NCBI GenBank assembly: GCA_023150535.1
Contig: JAKLKS010000003.1
Span: 1-44,510, forward strand
DNA: 44,510 nucleotides
Direction of reading: 5' to 3'
Source: Planctomycetota bacterium
Lineage (GTDB): Bacteria; Planctomycetota; JAJSAM01; JAKLKS01
Numbering within the stretch: the stretch's first letter is position 1; every line of letters starts with the position of its first letter. Under the pieces are notes generated by a model, which was given only the letters and a program-made list of their open reading frames with translations, was not told the DNA's origin and did no database searches. The position numbers and the translations under genes are program-made. Below are positions 16,117-25,709 of the stretch, in pieces.

Positions 16117-16968
16117 CTACTTCGGCCCCTCGAACACGAAGGAACCGACGTCCGCCCAGTCCTCCTTGGACATCCTCGAGAGGAGGTCGGCGCGCCCCGC
16201 GCCCGCGATGGTGAGGACCTTCGACAGGGAGACCTTCCCCGCCATGGCGTCGATGCGCCAGGAGGGGACGACGGGGTCGGCGTCCCCGTGGACGAAGAGC
16301 ACGGGCGCGGTGATCCCCGCGAGGGCCGGCTCGACGGAGTAGCGGTCCCTCAGGAGGAAGCCGACGGGAAGCCCGCCCAGCTTCTCCCGGACGCCGTCCT
16401 CCATGTCGGGCAGGGTGGCGAAGGCGATCACGCCGGCGGCCTCGGTGCGCGTGGCGAGGTTCAGCGCGACGGCGGCCCCCATCTCGATCCCGCCGACGAA
16501 GACGCGCCGGGGGGCCACCTCCTCGCGGCTCGATAGCCACGAGAAGGCCGCCGCCGCCCGGGCCATCACCTCCGCCTCCGTCGTCTCACCCTCGGCGTCC
16601 CCGTAGCCGGGGTACTCCAGGGCGAGGACGTGGAACTTGAGCTCCTGCATGGGGCCGAGGACGGAGAGGGTGTCGGTGATGTCGGAGCCGCGGTCGTGCA
16701 TCCAGAGGAGGGCCGGGGAGGTCTGGTCCTTGCAGGGGGACCAGAGGGCGCGCAGGCGGACCTTCGGGTCGCCGGCCTCGATGTGCACGGCCGCGTATCC
16801 GCGGTTCTGGACCGCCTGGATCCGCGTGGCGAAGTCCGCGCCGCCCCCGGAGAGGGGCCTGCCCGGGTACATGAGCATCCCCTGGGCCAGCCAGACGACG
16901 AGGAGCCCGAGGAGGGCGAGGACGAGGAGCCAGGCGAGGAGTTTGAACAGCGTCTTGAGGTACTTCAT
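16117..16968 (-). CDS. membrane-anchored alpha/beta-hydrolase-fold protein with a substituted catalytic triad
   Basis: 283 aa with N-terminal TM helix. The nucleophile elbow reads 'GGIEMG' (Ser to Glu). The His position reads 'GAGRADL' (His to Arg). 'HGDADPVVP' is retained. Confidence 0.75.
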   Translation of the reverse strand: MKYLKTLFKLLAWLLVLALLGLLVVWLAQGMLMYPGRPLSGGGADFATRIQAVQNRGYAAVHIEAGDPKVRLRALWSPCKDQTSPALLWMHDRGSDITDTLSVLGPMQELKFHVLALEYPGYGDAEGETTEAEVMARAAAAFSWLSSREEVAPRRVFVGGIEMGAAVALNLATRTEAAGVIAFATLPDMEDGVREKLGGLPVGFLLRDRYSVEPALAGITAPVLFVHGDADPVVPSWRIDAMAGKVSLSKVLTIAGAGRADLLSRMSKEDWADVGSFVFEGPK

Positions 16969-17167
16969 TCCGTGCTCTCCGGGTGCGGCGGTCCGCGGCC
17001 GGCGGTGGCCCGCCCGCTCCGTACGGCGGGCGAGACTACCAGACGGGGGCGGTCCCGGCCCCTCCCCGGACGGCGGTCCTCACACCCGGATCATCGGCCG
17101 GGGACCCGTCCCGACCGGAGGCCCGGGGCCGTACAATCCGCCCCGTCCCCGATCCCGGAGCGCCCCC

Positions 17168-17920
17168 ATGCGCCTCCCCGCGGCCTTCCTCCCCGTGCTC
17201 CTGGCCCTGCTGCTGCCCCCGGCGGCGGGCTGCGGGGCGGAGGGGGGCGGCGGGCCGGGGAGGATCGTCGTGGGGACGGAGGCCGCCTACCCCCCCTTCG
17301 AGTTCGTGGACGCGGAGCGGCGGATCGTGGGCTTCGACGTGGACCTCGTGCGCGCGGCGGCGCGGGAGGCGGGGCTCGAGGCCGAGTTCGTCGACCAGCC
17401 CTTCGACGGCCTCATCCCGGGCCTGCGGGGGGGGAAGTACGACGCCGTCGTCTCCGCCATGACCATCACCCCGGAGCGGGCGGAGCAGGTCGCCTTCACC
17501 GAGGGCTACTACGACGCGGGGCAGGTGATCGCGGTCCGGGAGGGGACGACGGGGATCGCCGGTCCGGCGGACCTCCGCGGGAAGGTCGTGGCCGTGCAGG
17601 CGAACACCACGGGCCACCGCCAGGCGGAGAAGGCGGGGGCGGGGGAGGTCCGGGCGTTCCCCTCCATCGAGCCGGCCTTCATGGAGCTCAGGGCGGGCAG
17701 GGCCGACGCGGTCGTCAACGACGAGCCGACGACCCTCCTCTACGCGAGGGAGCACGGAGGCATCCGCGTCGTGGGGAGGCCCTTCACCGAGGAGAAGTAC
17801 GGGATCGCGGTCCGCCGGGAGGACGGGGAGCTCCTCGCGAAGCTCAACGGGGGGCTGCGGAAGGTGCGCGCCTCCGGGGAGTACGACCGGATCCGGGCGA
17901 AGTGGATCGGGGGGAAGTAG
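17168..17920 (+). CDS. amino-acid ABC transporter substrate-binding lipoprotein
   Basis: 250 aa. Lipobox 'PPAAGC'. 'YPPFEF…GFDVDL…DAVVSAMTITPER' is a family-3 SBP signature. Confidence 0.9.
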   Translation: MRLPAAFLPVLLALLLPPAAGCGAEGGGGPGRIVVGTEAAYPPFEFVDAERRIVGFDVDLVRAAAREAGLEAEFVDQPFDGLIPGLRGGKYDAVVSAMTITPERAEQVAFTEGYYDAGQVIAVREGTTGIAGPADLRGKVVAVQANTTGHRQAEKAGAGEVRAFPSIEPAFMELRAGRADAVVNDEPTTLLYAREHGGIRVVGRPFTEEKYGIAVRREDGELLAKLNGGLRKVRASGEYDRIRAKWIGGK

Positions 17921-17923
17921 GGC

Positions 17924-18601
17924 TTGGGCGCGGGGACCCTCCTCGTCCTCCTCGAGGCGCTCGGGCTCTCGCTCCGCATCGCCGCCTGCTCGCTCGCGGT
18001 GGCGCTCCTGCTAGGCCTCCTCGTGGCCCTCTGCCGCCTGAGCCCCCGCCCCTGGCTCCGGCTGCCGGCGACGGCCTACGTGGAGGTCGTGAGGGGCGTG
18101 CCCCTGCTCGTCCTCCTCTTCTGGATCTACTTCGGGGTGTTCTCGGAGGTCCTCTCCGACCTCGGCATCGCGATCCACGGCTTCGCGGCGGCGGTGCTGG
18201 CCTTCGGGATCTGCTACAGCGCCTTCATCGGGGAGACCTACCGCGCCGGGATCCAGTCCGTGGACCGGGGCCAGGAGGAGGCGGCGAGGGCGCTCGGCAT
18301 GACCCACCGGCAGGCGCTGCGGTGGGTGATCCTCCCCCAGGCGGTCCGGAACGTGCTCCCGGCGCTCGGCAACGAGGCCATCGCCCTGGTGAAGGACACC
18401 TCGCTGGCCAGCGTCATCGCCATGCCCGAACTCATGCACGTCGGGCGGCAGGAGGCGGGGCGCACCTTCCGCACCATGGAGGTCTTCACCGCCGTCGCGC
18501 TCCTCTACCTCGCCACGACGCTGGTCCTCTCCCGCGTGCAGAAGCGCCTCGAACGGAGGTTCGGTGCCGGAACCCTGGATTCGGCTCACCGGCCTCGCTA
18601 G
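17924..18601 (+). CDS. amino-acid ABC transporter permease
   Basis: 225 aa. '[29 protein letters not shown]' is the EAA loop of the His/Glu/Gln/Arg permease family. Confidence 0.9.
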   Translation: MGAGTLLVLLEALGLSLRIAACSLAVALLLGLLVALCRLSPRPWLRLPATAYVEVVRGVPLLVLLFWIYFGVFSEVLSDLGIAIHGFAAAVLAFGICYSAFIGETYRAGIQSVDRGQEEAARALGMTHRQALRWVILPQAVRNVLPALGNEAIALVKDTSLASVIAMPELMHVGRQEAGRTFRTMEVFTAVALLYLATTLVLSRVQKRLERRFGAGTLDSAHRPR

Positions 18602-19292
18602 GTCCTACGGGGCCGTCGAGGCGCTCCGCGGGGTGTCCATGGAGGTGGCCCCCGGGGAGAAGCGGGTGATCGTCGGGCCGAGCGGCTGCGGGAAGTCCAC
18701 GCTCCTGCGGTGCGTCAACCTGCTCGAGGTCCCCGATTCCGGCACCGTGGAGGTGGGCGGGGTCCTCGTGAACGGACCGGGCGCGGCGACCGACCTCCAC
18801 CGGGCCCGCACCGGCATGGTCTTCCAGCGCTTCCACCTCTTCCCCCACCTCACCGCGCTCGAGAACGTGGCGCTCGCCCCCCGGGTGGTCCTCGGCCTCG
18901 GGGAGGAGGAGGCGCGGGAGCGGGCCCGGTCGATGCTGGAGAGGGTCGGGCTCGCGGACCGGGCCGGGGAGTGGCCGCTGCGGCTTTCCGGCGGCCAGCA
19001 GCAGCGGGTCGCCATCGCCCGGGCCCTGGCCATGGAGCCCCGGGCGATGCTCTTCGACGAGGTGACCTCCGCCCTCGACCCGGAACTCGTGCAGGAGGTG
19101 CTCGCGGTCATGAGGGACCTCGCCGCCTCGGGCATGACCATGATGATCGTGACCCACGAGATGAGGTTCGCCCGCGAGGTCGGGACGATCCTCACCTTCA
19201 TGGATGCGGGGAGGATCGTGGAGGAGGGGCCCCCGGGGGAGGTCCTCGACCACCCGAGGGAGCCCCGCACCCGTGCGTTCCTGCGATACTGA
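18564..19292 (+). CDS. amino-acid ABC transporter ATP-binding protein
   Basis: 242 aa. Walker A 'GPSGCGKST', signature 'LSGGQQQR', Walker B 'MLFDEVTS'. Confidence 0.9.
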   Translation: MPEPWIRLTGLARSYGAVEALRGVSMEVAPGEKRVIVGPSGCGKSTLLRCVNLLEVPDSGTVEVGGVLVNGPGAATDLHRARTGMVFQRFHLFPHLTALENVALAPRVVLGLGEEEARERARSMLERVGLADRAGEWPLRLSGGQQQRVAIARALAMEPRAMLFDEVTSALDPELVQEVLAVMRDLAASGMTMMIVTHEMRFAREVGTILTFMDAGRIVEEGPPGEVLDHPREPRTRAFLRY

Positions 19293-19366
19293 ACCCGGCA
19301 CAATTCAGCAGCCGGCCCGGCAACTCCCCCGGGCCGGCTGCTGAATTGTGCCGGGTTCAGTATCGC
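19283..19366. terminator. 38-bp perfect hairpin engulfing the stop codons of two convergent genes
   Basis: Left arm 19283-19320 is the exact reverse complement of right arm 19329-19366. Loop is caactccc. Both genes end …R-Y-TGA inside the arms. Confidence 0.7.
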
Positions 19367-20295
19367 CGTCGGCGCGCGAGGACGAGACGGGGGCGGACGA
19401 CCTGCTCGAGGCGGGCGTGCTCGCGGAGGACGAGGAGGAGGTCCTCCTCCCGCTCGAGGTCGAACCCCCGCTCCGCGAGGATCCGGACGAGGGCGTCCCG
19501 GGTCCTCTCCACGCCGCCCCCGATCCACCGGGAGCGGGGCGCGTGCTCCTCCCACCAGGTCCAGGGGGAGGCCACCGCGAGCCTCCCGCCGGGACCCGCC
19601 AGGGCGGCGGCCCTCTCCAGGAACGCCGCGGGGTCGGACTGGCGCTCGAGGAGGTTCGCCGCCAGGACGAGCCCGGCGATGCCCGGGGGGAGAGGGGGGC
19701 GGTCGGGGTCCGCCACCACCACCTCGAGGGGGCCGGGGAGGAGCCCCCCGAGGTCGGCCTCCACCACCCTCTCGAAGGCCCCCTCCTCGACGAGGCGCAC
19801 GGGCGCCCTCCCGTCCCGGAGGATCCCGCGGCAGAGCCGCGCGGTCAGGAAGGAGGACTCCAGGGCGAGCGTGAACCCCGCCCGGCGCGAGAGCCCCAGC
19901 GCCGCCCTGCCGGCCGAGGCGCCGAGGTCCACGGCCAGCCCCTCCACGGGGAGGTCCCCGAGCCGCCGCCAGAAGTCGCCGAGGTGGAGGTCCCTCCTCT
20001 CCCCCTCCGCCAGGAGGTCCCCATAGTGGGCGAGGAGGTGGGGGCCGAGGGCCCGGAGGGGATCCTCGACCTCCCCGGTCTCCTGGGCGACCTTCCTCCA
20101 CCCGTCGGGGACCAGCACCGCCACGCCCTGGACCACGGGGTAGCGGTCGCCGCACTTCACGCACCGCAGGGCCCCCTCGAGGATCTCCTCCGCCCCCCCG
20201 TCGGACCGCTCCAGCCGGAGGGCGGCCGGGGTCCCCCGGCGCCAGGTGCAGTCGGGGCAGGTGAGCTGGACCCGGTCGAGGAGGTCGGGGCGCAT
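19357..20295 (-). CDS. Trm112-like zinc-ribbon fused to a class I methyltransferase-fold domain
   Basis: 312 aa from ATG 20295. 'CPDC…CVKCGDRYPVVQGVAVLV', then 'AVDLGASAG'. Confidence 0.7.
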   Translation of the reverse strand: MRPDLLDRVQLTCPDCTWRRGTPAALRLERSDGGAEEILEGALRCVKCGDRYPVVQGVAVLVPDGWRKVAQETGEVEDPLRALGPHLLAHYGDLLAEGERRDLHLGDFWRRLGDLPVEGLAVDLGASAGRAALGLSRRAGFTLALESSFLTARLCRGILRDGRAPVRLVEEGAFERVVEADLGGLLPGPLEVVVADPDRPPLPPGIAGLVLAANLLERQSDPAAFLERAAALAGPGGRLAVASPWTWWEEHAPRSRWIGGGVERTRDALVRILAERGFDLEREEDLLLVLREHARLEQVVRPRLVLARRRRY

Positions 20296-20319
20296 GGGCG
20301 ACAGCCTACCGGGGGGGCT

Positions 20320-20443
20320 CCCCGGCCCCCTTCCTTCCCCGCCCGCCCCTCCACCCCCGTCCCTCCATTCCCGGCCCCGGCCCGCTCCCCGCCCTCCCCC
20401 CTCCCCCCTCCGCCCCATTCCCCCTCCCCCCCCCGGGGGGGGG
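20320..20443 (-). repeat. dense G-tract block (C-tracts on + strand) ending in a C9G9 palindrome
   Basis: 17 runs of >=3 C between 20320 and 20434 on the + strand, then ccccccccc/ggggggggg at 20426-20443. Confidence 0.8.
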
Positions 20444-20461
20444 CCGATGTAGGATTGATCC

Positions 20462-20491
20462 TTGCCTTCTCCCGACGCGCCCCCCTAGACT
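20462..20491 (+). promoter_or_regulatory. candidate sigma70-type promoter of the lipoprotein gene
   Basis: TTGCCT (20462-20467), 18-nt spacer, TAGACT (20486-20491). Confidence 0.35.
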
Positions 20492-20549
20492 GCGGTATCC
20501 TTTCGGGGACGCCGGGGGTTCCCCGGCGAAGGGCAGGAGGGCGTACACC

Positions 20550-20813
20550 ATGAAGAAGAAGCTGGCCGCGCTGGCTCTGCTGGTCGCCGGGTCCTTCGGT
20601 CTCTCGGGCTGCTACCTCTCCCGCCAGGTGGCGGGCGACGACCTCGTGGGCGGGCCCACCAACCCGATCCTCTGGGTCACCGTCCCCGTGGACACCGTTC
20701 TCTTCCCCTTCGAACTGGCCCACTTCATCGACCACAAGGACTCCTGGACGCCCTGGTCGGCGGACGACATGCGGGCCCAGTACATCGACGCCTACAAGTG
20801 GCCGGGGGAGTAG
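20550..20813 (+). CDS. small lipoprotein
   Basis: 87 aa. 'MKKKLAALALLVAGSFGLSGC' lipobox. GGAGG upstream. Confidence 0.75.
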   Translation: MKKKLAALALLVAGSFGLSGCYLSRQVAGDDLVGGPTNPILWVTVPVDTVLFPFELAHFIDHKDSWTPWSADDMRAQYIDAYKWPGE

Positions 20814-20859
20814 CCTCCTCGCCCACCGCCTGACGCGAAGGCACGACGCCGCGACCACC

Positions 20860-20883
20860 GGAGGGCGCCCTCGGGCGCCCTCC
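20860..20883 (+). terminator. 10-bp perfect hairpin after the lipoprotein gene
   Basis: ggagggcgcc-ctcg-ggcgccctcc. Confidence 0.5.
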
Positions 20884-21033
20884 TCGATTCCCGCCAGGGG
20901 GGATTCCCTTGGGCGGGCCCGCCGCAAGCCGCTAACCTGCCCGCTTTCCCGGCGGGGTTGGGGCCGTTTCCCCGTCCGGGGCGACGTTCCCGGGAGGGCC
21001 GGGCCGCACACCGCCGGCCGGGACGCGATCCCC

Positions 21034-21297
21034 ATGGGCGACCGGGAGACCGGCGGTGACGAGGAAAGGGACGGGAAGCCGGGGGACTCCTCCCCCGGGC
21101 TCGGCCCCTACCTCAGGTTCATGCATCTCGGCACTCAGATGACGATCCTCATCCTCGCCGGAGTCTTCGGCGGGATCTGGCTGGACGGGAAGTGGGGGAC
21201 GGACCCGGTCGCGACGGTCGTCGGCAGCCTGGCCGGCATCGGCCTCGGCCTCGCCGTCGTCATCCGGGACACGGGGTCGGGCACCAGGAGCTCCTGA
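21034..21297 (+). CDS. AtpZ/AtpI-family small membrane protein
   Basis: 87 aa with two TM helices 'MTILILAGVFGGIWLD…VATVVGSLAGIGLGLAVVI'. First gene of the atp operon. Confidence 0.6.
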   Translation: MGDRETGGDEERDGKPGDSSPGLGPYLRFMHLGTQMTILILAGVFGGIWLDGKWGTDPVATVVGSLAGIGLGLAVVIRDTGSGTRSS

Positions 21298-21307
21298 AGC
21301 GGCGACC

Positions 21308-21736
21308 ATGAGCGGGAAGTCCATCGTCGGGGCGGTCCTCGCCGGAGCGGTCCTCGCGGCCGCGGCGGCCGCGGGCCTGCGCGCCCTCCTCGGCGGCTCC
21401 GCCCCCGTGCTCCTCGGCATGGCCGTCGGGTTCGCGCTGGGGGCCGGCGGCGCGGCGCTCGAGGTCGTCGTCATGTCCCGGGCCATGGCGAAGGATCCCC
21501 GCCGCGCCATGAACGTGGTCCTCTCCGGCCTCGGCATCCGGCTCGTCGTCCTCATGCTCCTGACCGTCCTCTTCCACTTCGCGGTCCCCGCCGTGAACGA
21601 GACCGCCTTCGCGCTCTCCTTCGTCGCGGGCTTCGTCGCGGCGCTCCCCGCCGTCGGCATGGTCTCCCTCGGCCGCCGCGGCCCCGCCCCCGCCGCCCCC
21701 CCGGCGCCGGTCCGGAACGGGGAGGTGCACGCGTGA
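21308..21736 (+). CDS. atpI: ATP synthase protein I
   Basis: 142 aa hydrophobic protein immediately upstream of atpB, with a GTGA overlap. Confidence 0.6.
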   Translation: MSGKSIVGAVLAGAVLAAAAAAGLRALLGGSAPVLLGMAVGFALGAGGAALEVVVMSRAMAKDPRRAMNVVLSGLGIRLVVLMLLTVLFHFAVPAVNETAFALSFVAGFVAALPAVGMVSLGRRGPAPAAPPAPVRNGEVHA

Positions 21737-22659
21737 ACGCCCCCCTCGTCCTCGCCGCCGGCGACATCATCGGCCACCTGACGAACTCCTACGAGCTGCA
21801 CTTCGGGTCCTGGACCCTGGACCTCAACCAGTGGGTGAACTTCAAGGTCGCGATGTGGACGGGCGGCCAGGCCGTCATGGGGACGCTGCTCCAGCACGGG
21901 CACGAGGTCGAAGGCATCGTCGGCGTGAAGGGCGGCTTCAACCCCGGCGTCAACAAGCACGTCGTCATGATGATGCTCGCCGCCATGGTCACCGGGACCG
22001 CCGTCATCGCCACCTCCCGGGTCGTCGACCGCCGCACCGGCCGCGCCTTCTTCCCCTCCATGATCGAGTGGGCGGTCGTCTGGCTGCGCGACGAGGTCAT
22101 CGGCGAGGGGATCCACGACCGGAAGCAGCGGAGGAAGTACTTCCCGCTGCTGGCCACGCTCTTCTTCTTCATCCTCTCCTGCAACCTCCTCGGCCTCCTG
22201 CCGCCCCCCCTCGGCGCCACGGCCACGGGGAACGTGAACGTCACGGCCGGCCTCGCCCTCATCACCCTCTCGACGATGATCCTCGGGGGGATGGCGGAGA
22301 AGGGCCCCGTCCACTTCTGGATCGGCCTCGTGCCGCACGGCGTGCCGCTGCTCCTCTGGCCCCTCGTGTTCGGCATCGAGGTCATCGGCCTCATCACGAA
22401 GCCCTTCGCGCTGACCGTGCGCCTCTTCGCCAACATGACGGCGGGCCACGTGATGCTGGCCGTGCTCGGCGGGTTCCTCCTCGTCGGCGGCGCGGACCTC
22501 GGCTCCTGGCTGACGAACAAGGCCATGGCCGGCATCCCCTCCATGGCCTTCTACCTGTTCATCAACAGCTTCGAGGTCCTCATCGCCCTCATCCAGGCCT
22601 ACATCTTCACCATCCTGTCCTCGATCTTCGTGGGGATGATGCTCTCCCACGAGCACTAG
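21733..22659 (+). CDS. atpB: F0 ATP synthase subunit a
   Basis: 308 aa. 'LTVRLFANMTAGH' is the conserved Arg motif. Confidence 0.95.
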   Translation: MNAPLVLAAGDIIGHLTNSYELHFGSWTLDLNQWVNFKVAMWTGGQAVMGTLLQHGHEVEGIVGVKGGFNPGVNKHVVMMMLAAMVTGTAVIATSRVVDRRTGRAFFPSMIEWAVVWLRDEVIGEGIHDRKQRRKYFPLLATLFFFILSCNLLGLLPPPLGATATGNVNVTAGLALITLSTMILGGMAEKGPVHFWIGLVPHGVPLLLWPLVFGIEVIGLITKPFALTVRLFANMTAGHVMLAVLGGFLLVGGADLGSWLTNKAMAGIPSMAFYLFINSFEVLIALIQAYIFTILSSIFVGMMLSHEH

Positions 22660-22707
22660 TCCGAATGGTCCCGGCCCCGGAAGGGGCCCCAAGCTGGAGG
22701 TAGCGAA

Positions 22708-23010
22708 ATGCAGGAAGCTCAGGGAGTCTTCAACGCGGCCCAGGCACTGACGAACATGCAGTGGGCCGCCTTCGGCGCCGGCATCGGCGCCGCCTTGTCG
22801 GCCATCGCGGCCGGGTACGGCATCGGCAAGATCGCCTCGACCGCCTGCGAGTCCATCGCGAGGCAGCCCGAGGCGGCGGCCGACATCCGGGGGACCACGG
22901 TCCTCACGGCGGCCTTCATCGAGGGCGTCTGCCTGTTCTCGGTGGTGGTCAGCCTCCTCATCGTCCTGAACCTCAACGGCTGGTTCATGTCGGCCAAGGT
23001 TCTCGGCTAG
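22708..23010 (+). CDS. atpE: F0 ATP synthase subunit c
   Basis: 100 aa hairpin protein. 'ARQPE' loop and carboxylate in 'AFIEG'. Confidence 0.95.
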   Translation: MQEAQGVFNAAQALTNMQWAAFGAGIGAALSAIAAGYGIGKIASTACESIARQPEAAADIRGTTVLTAAFIEGVCLFSVVVSLLIVLNLNGWFMSAKVLG

Positions 23011-23035
23011 GACGCGGTCCGCGAGGAGGCGCGCC

Positions 23036-23602
23036 ATGCCCCAGTTCCTGATTCCGCTGCTGGCCTCCGGCGAGGGGGGTGGCAAGGGATTCCAGCTGAT
23101 CGACGTCCAGTGGGAGTCCGTGATCTGGCTGTGGATCATCTTCGCCTGCCTCTTCTTCATCCTCCGCTGGATGGCCTGGCCGATGATCACGGGGGCGGTG
23201 GAGCGCCGCGAGGACTACATCGCGGAGAGCCTGAAGAAGGCCGAGGAGGTCCAGCGGGCCGCCTCGGAGATCGCCGCCCGGCAGGAGGCGCTGCTGGCCG
23301 AGGCCAACGCGAAGGCCAAGTCCGTCCTCGACGAGGCCCGCGAGCAGTCCGAGACCTACCGCAAGCGCGAACTGGAGAAGGCCCGGGCGGAGGCCGACTC
23401 CTTCCTCGAGCGCGCCAAGAAGGAGATCTCCCTCGAGGAGAACCGCGCCCGCGACGCCCTGCGGCGCGAGGTCGTCGATCTCACCCTCGAGGTCTCCTCG
23501 CGCGTCCTCGAGCGCACCGTCTCCGCCGACGACGACCGCCGCCTCGCCGAGAAGCTCGTCGGAGAGGTCCAGGCCCGCCGCATGGGGGCCGCCCGGAATT
23601 GA
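23036..23602 (+). CDS. atpF: F0 ATP synthase subunit b
   Basis: 188 aa with a single TM helix, then a long charged coiled coil. Confidence 0.9.
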   Translation: MPQFLIPLLASGEGGGKGFQLIDVQWESVIWLWIIFACLFFILRWMAWPMITGAVERREDYIAESLKKAEEVQRAASEIAARQEALLAEANAKAKSVLDEAREQSETYRKRELEKARAEADSFLERAKKEISLEENRARDALRREVVDLTLEVSSRVLERTVSADDDRRLAEKLVGEVQARRMGAARN

Positions 23603-24147
23603 ACCGCTCCGAACCCGCCGCCCGGTGCTACGCCGAGGCCGTGCTCCAGCTCGCCAAGGAGAAGGGCACGCTCGAGGCCACCATGGACGACCTCCGGAAG
23701 ACCGCGGAGGTGCTCCACCGGGACTCCGTCATCTGGTCGCTCTTCACCTCCCCCCGGGTCGACCGGGCGCTCAAGGAGAAGCGTCTCCTCGGCGCCTTCC
23801 GCGGCCACGTGGGCGAGGAGGTCATGGGGCTCCTCGTCGTCCTCGTCCGCAAGGGGCGCGAGGCGCTCTACGACAACGTCGTGGACTACTTCGACCGGCT
23901 GAAGGACGTCGAGCAGAGGAGGGTGCACGTCCACCTCGTCTCGGCGAAGCCGGTGGACCCGGGCGTGAAGGCCGCCGTCGAGCGGATCGTCCGGGACGCC
24001 TCCGGGAAGGACCCCGTGACCCACGAGAGGATCGACCCGGCGCTCCTGGGCGGCCTCGTGGTCCGGGTGAACGACGTGCTCGTCGACGGAAGCCTCAGGA
24101 CGCGGCTCCGGGCGCTCCGCGGCCGCCTCGTCGGGGACCGCCGCTGA
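23599..24147 (+). CDS. atpH: F1 ATP synthase subunit delta (OSCP)
   Basis: 182 aa from TTG 23599, overlapping the atpF TGA. '[13 protein letters not shown]…[17 protein letters not shown]'. Confidence 0.85.
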   Translation: MNRSEPAARCYAEAVLQLAKEKGTLEATMDDLRKTAEVLHRDSVIWSLFTSPRVDRALKEKRLLGAFRGHVGEEVMGLLVVLVRKGREALYDNVVDYFDRLKDVEQRRVHVHLVSAKPVDPGVKAAVERIVRDASGKDPVTHERIDPALLGGLVVRVNDVLVDGSLRTRLRALRGRLVGDRR

Positions 24148-24172
24148 ACCGCGCCGCAACAGGGAGACTCCC

Positions 24173-25693
24173 ATGAACATCAGGCCGGAAGAGATCACCA
24201 GCGTCCTGAAGAAGGAGATCGCGAACTACGACGCCGCCATCGAGATGGCCGAAACCGGGACCATCCTCGAGGTCGGCGACGGCATCGCGCGCGTCTACGG
24301 CCTCGAGAAGTCCATGGCCGGCGAGATGCTCGAGTTCGAGAACGGGGCCTTCGGCCTCGCCATGAACCTCGAGGAGGACTCCGTCGGCGTGGTCATCCTC
24401 GGGCGCTTCCAGGACATCAAGGAGGGGCAGCTCGTCAAGCGCACCGGGCGCATCCTCTCGGTGCCCGCGGGCGAGGCGCTCATCGGGCGCGTCGTCAACC
24501 CCCTCGGGGAGCCCCTCGACGGGAAGGGGCCGGTGAACACCTCCGACTTCATGCCGCTCGAGGGCAAGGCCCCCGGCATCGCCGACCGCCAGCCCGTGAG
24601 GGTGCCGCTCCAGACCGGCATCAAGGCCGTGGACGGGATGATCCCCATCGGCCGCGGCCAGCGCGAGCTCATCATCGGCGACCGCGAGACGGGGAAGACC
24701 TCCGTCGCCGTGGACACGATCATCAACCAGAAGGGCAAGGACTGCATCTGCGTGTACGTGGCCATCGGCCAGAAGGCCTCCACCGTGGCGGGCGTCGTGG
24801 AGCGCCTCAAGGAGAACGGGGCCATGGACCACACCATCGTGGTCGTGGCCACGGCCAACGACCCGGCCCCCCTCCAGTACGTCGCCCCCTACGCCGGGGC
24901 GGCCATGGCCGAGTTCTTCATGTACAGGCAGAACAAGGACACCCTCTGCGTCTACGACGACCTCTCCAAGCAGGCCGTGGCCTACCGCCAGCTCTCGCTC
25001 CTCCTCCGGCGCCCGCCGGGCCGCGAGGCGTACCCCGGCGACGTCTTCTACTGCCACAGCCGGCTGCTGGAGCGCGCCGCCAAGCTGAGCGACGAGAAGG
25101 GCGGGGGCTCCCTCACCGCGCTCCCCATCATCGAGACCCAGGCGGGCGACGTCTCGGCCTACATCCCGACGAACGTCATCTCCATCACGGACGGGCAGAT
25201 CTACCTCGAGCCCGACCTCTTCTACGCCGGCGTGCGGCCGGCCATCAACGTCGGCATCTCGGTCTCGCGCGTCGGCGGCAACGCGCAGATCAAGGCCATG
25301 AAGAAGGTGGCCGGGACCCTGCGCCTCGACCTCGCCCAGTACCGGGAGCTCGAGGCCTTCGCCCAGTTCGCCTCCGACCTCGACAAGAACACGCAGAGGC
25401 AGCTGGCCCGAGGCGAGCGCACCGTCGAGGTCCTCAAGCAGGGCCTCTACGCCCCCTGGCCCGTCGAGGAGCAGGTCGCGGTCCTGTACGCCACCGGGAA
25501 CGGGTACTTCGACGAGGTCGAGGTCGAGGACATGAAGCGGGTCGAGAAGGAGATGGTCGAGGCCCTCAGGGCCGGGAAGGCCCTCGGCCTCATCGCCGCG
25601 AAGAAGGAGCTCTCCGCGGACGTGGTCGAGGCGCTCAAGGCGGAACTCGACGCCTTCAGGGCGCGGCTGAAGTCGGCCGCGCCGAAGGCCTAG
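24173..25693 (+). CDS. atpA: F1 ATP synthase subunit alpha
   Basis: 506 aa. 'GDRETGKTS' P-loop and highly conserved sequence throughout. Confidence 0.97.
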   Translation: MNIRPEEITSVLKKEIANYDAAIEMAETGTILEVGDGIARVYGLEKSMAGEMLEFENGAFGLAMNLEEDSVGVVILGRFQDIKEGQLVKRTGRILSVPAGEALIGRVVNPLGEPLDGKGPVNTSDFMPLEGKAPGIADRQPVRVPLQTGIKAVDGMIPIGRGQRELIIGDRETGKTSVAVDTIINQKGKDCICVYVAIGQKASTVAGVVERLKENGAMDHTIVVVATANDPAPLQYVAPYAGAAMAEFFMYRQNKDTLCVYDDLSKQAVAYRQLSLLLRRPPGREAYPGDVFYCHSRLLERAAKLSDEKGGGSLTALPIIETQAGDVSAYIPTNVISITDGQIYLEPDLFYAGVRPAINVGISVSRVGGNAQIKAMKKVAGTLRLDLAQYRELEAFAQFASDLDKNTQRQLARGERTVEVLKQGLYAPWPVEEQVAVLYATGNGYFDEVEVEDMKRVEKEMVEALRAGKALGLIAAKKELSADVVEALKAELDAFRARLKSAAPKA

Positions 25694-25709
25694 GGGAGGG
25701 CGACGGAAC

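Noticed and set aside
20296-20418. N-terminal extensions proposed by the ORF track: methyltransferase to 20418, amidase to 35954, Ig-like lipoprotein to 40370, clpP to 42910, and the CAP protein to 8452.
   Set aside because: The extensions are Gly/Arg-rich or lie upstream of signal peptides, lipoboxes or Shine-Dalgarno sequences that fit an internal start better.
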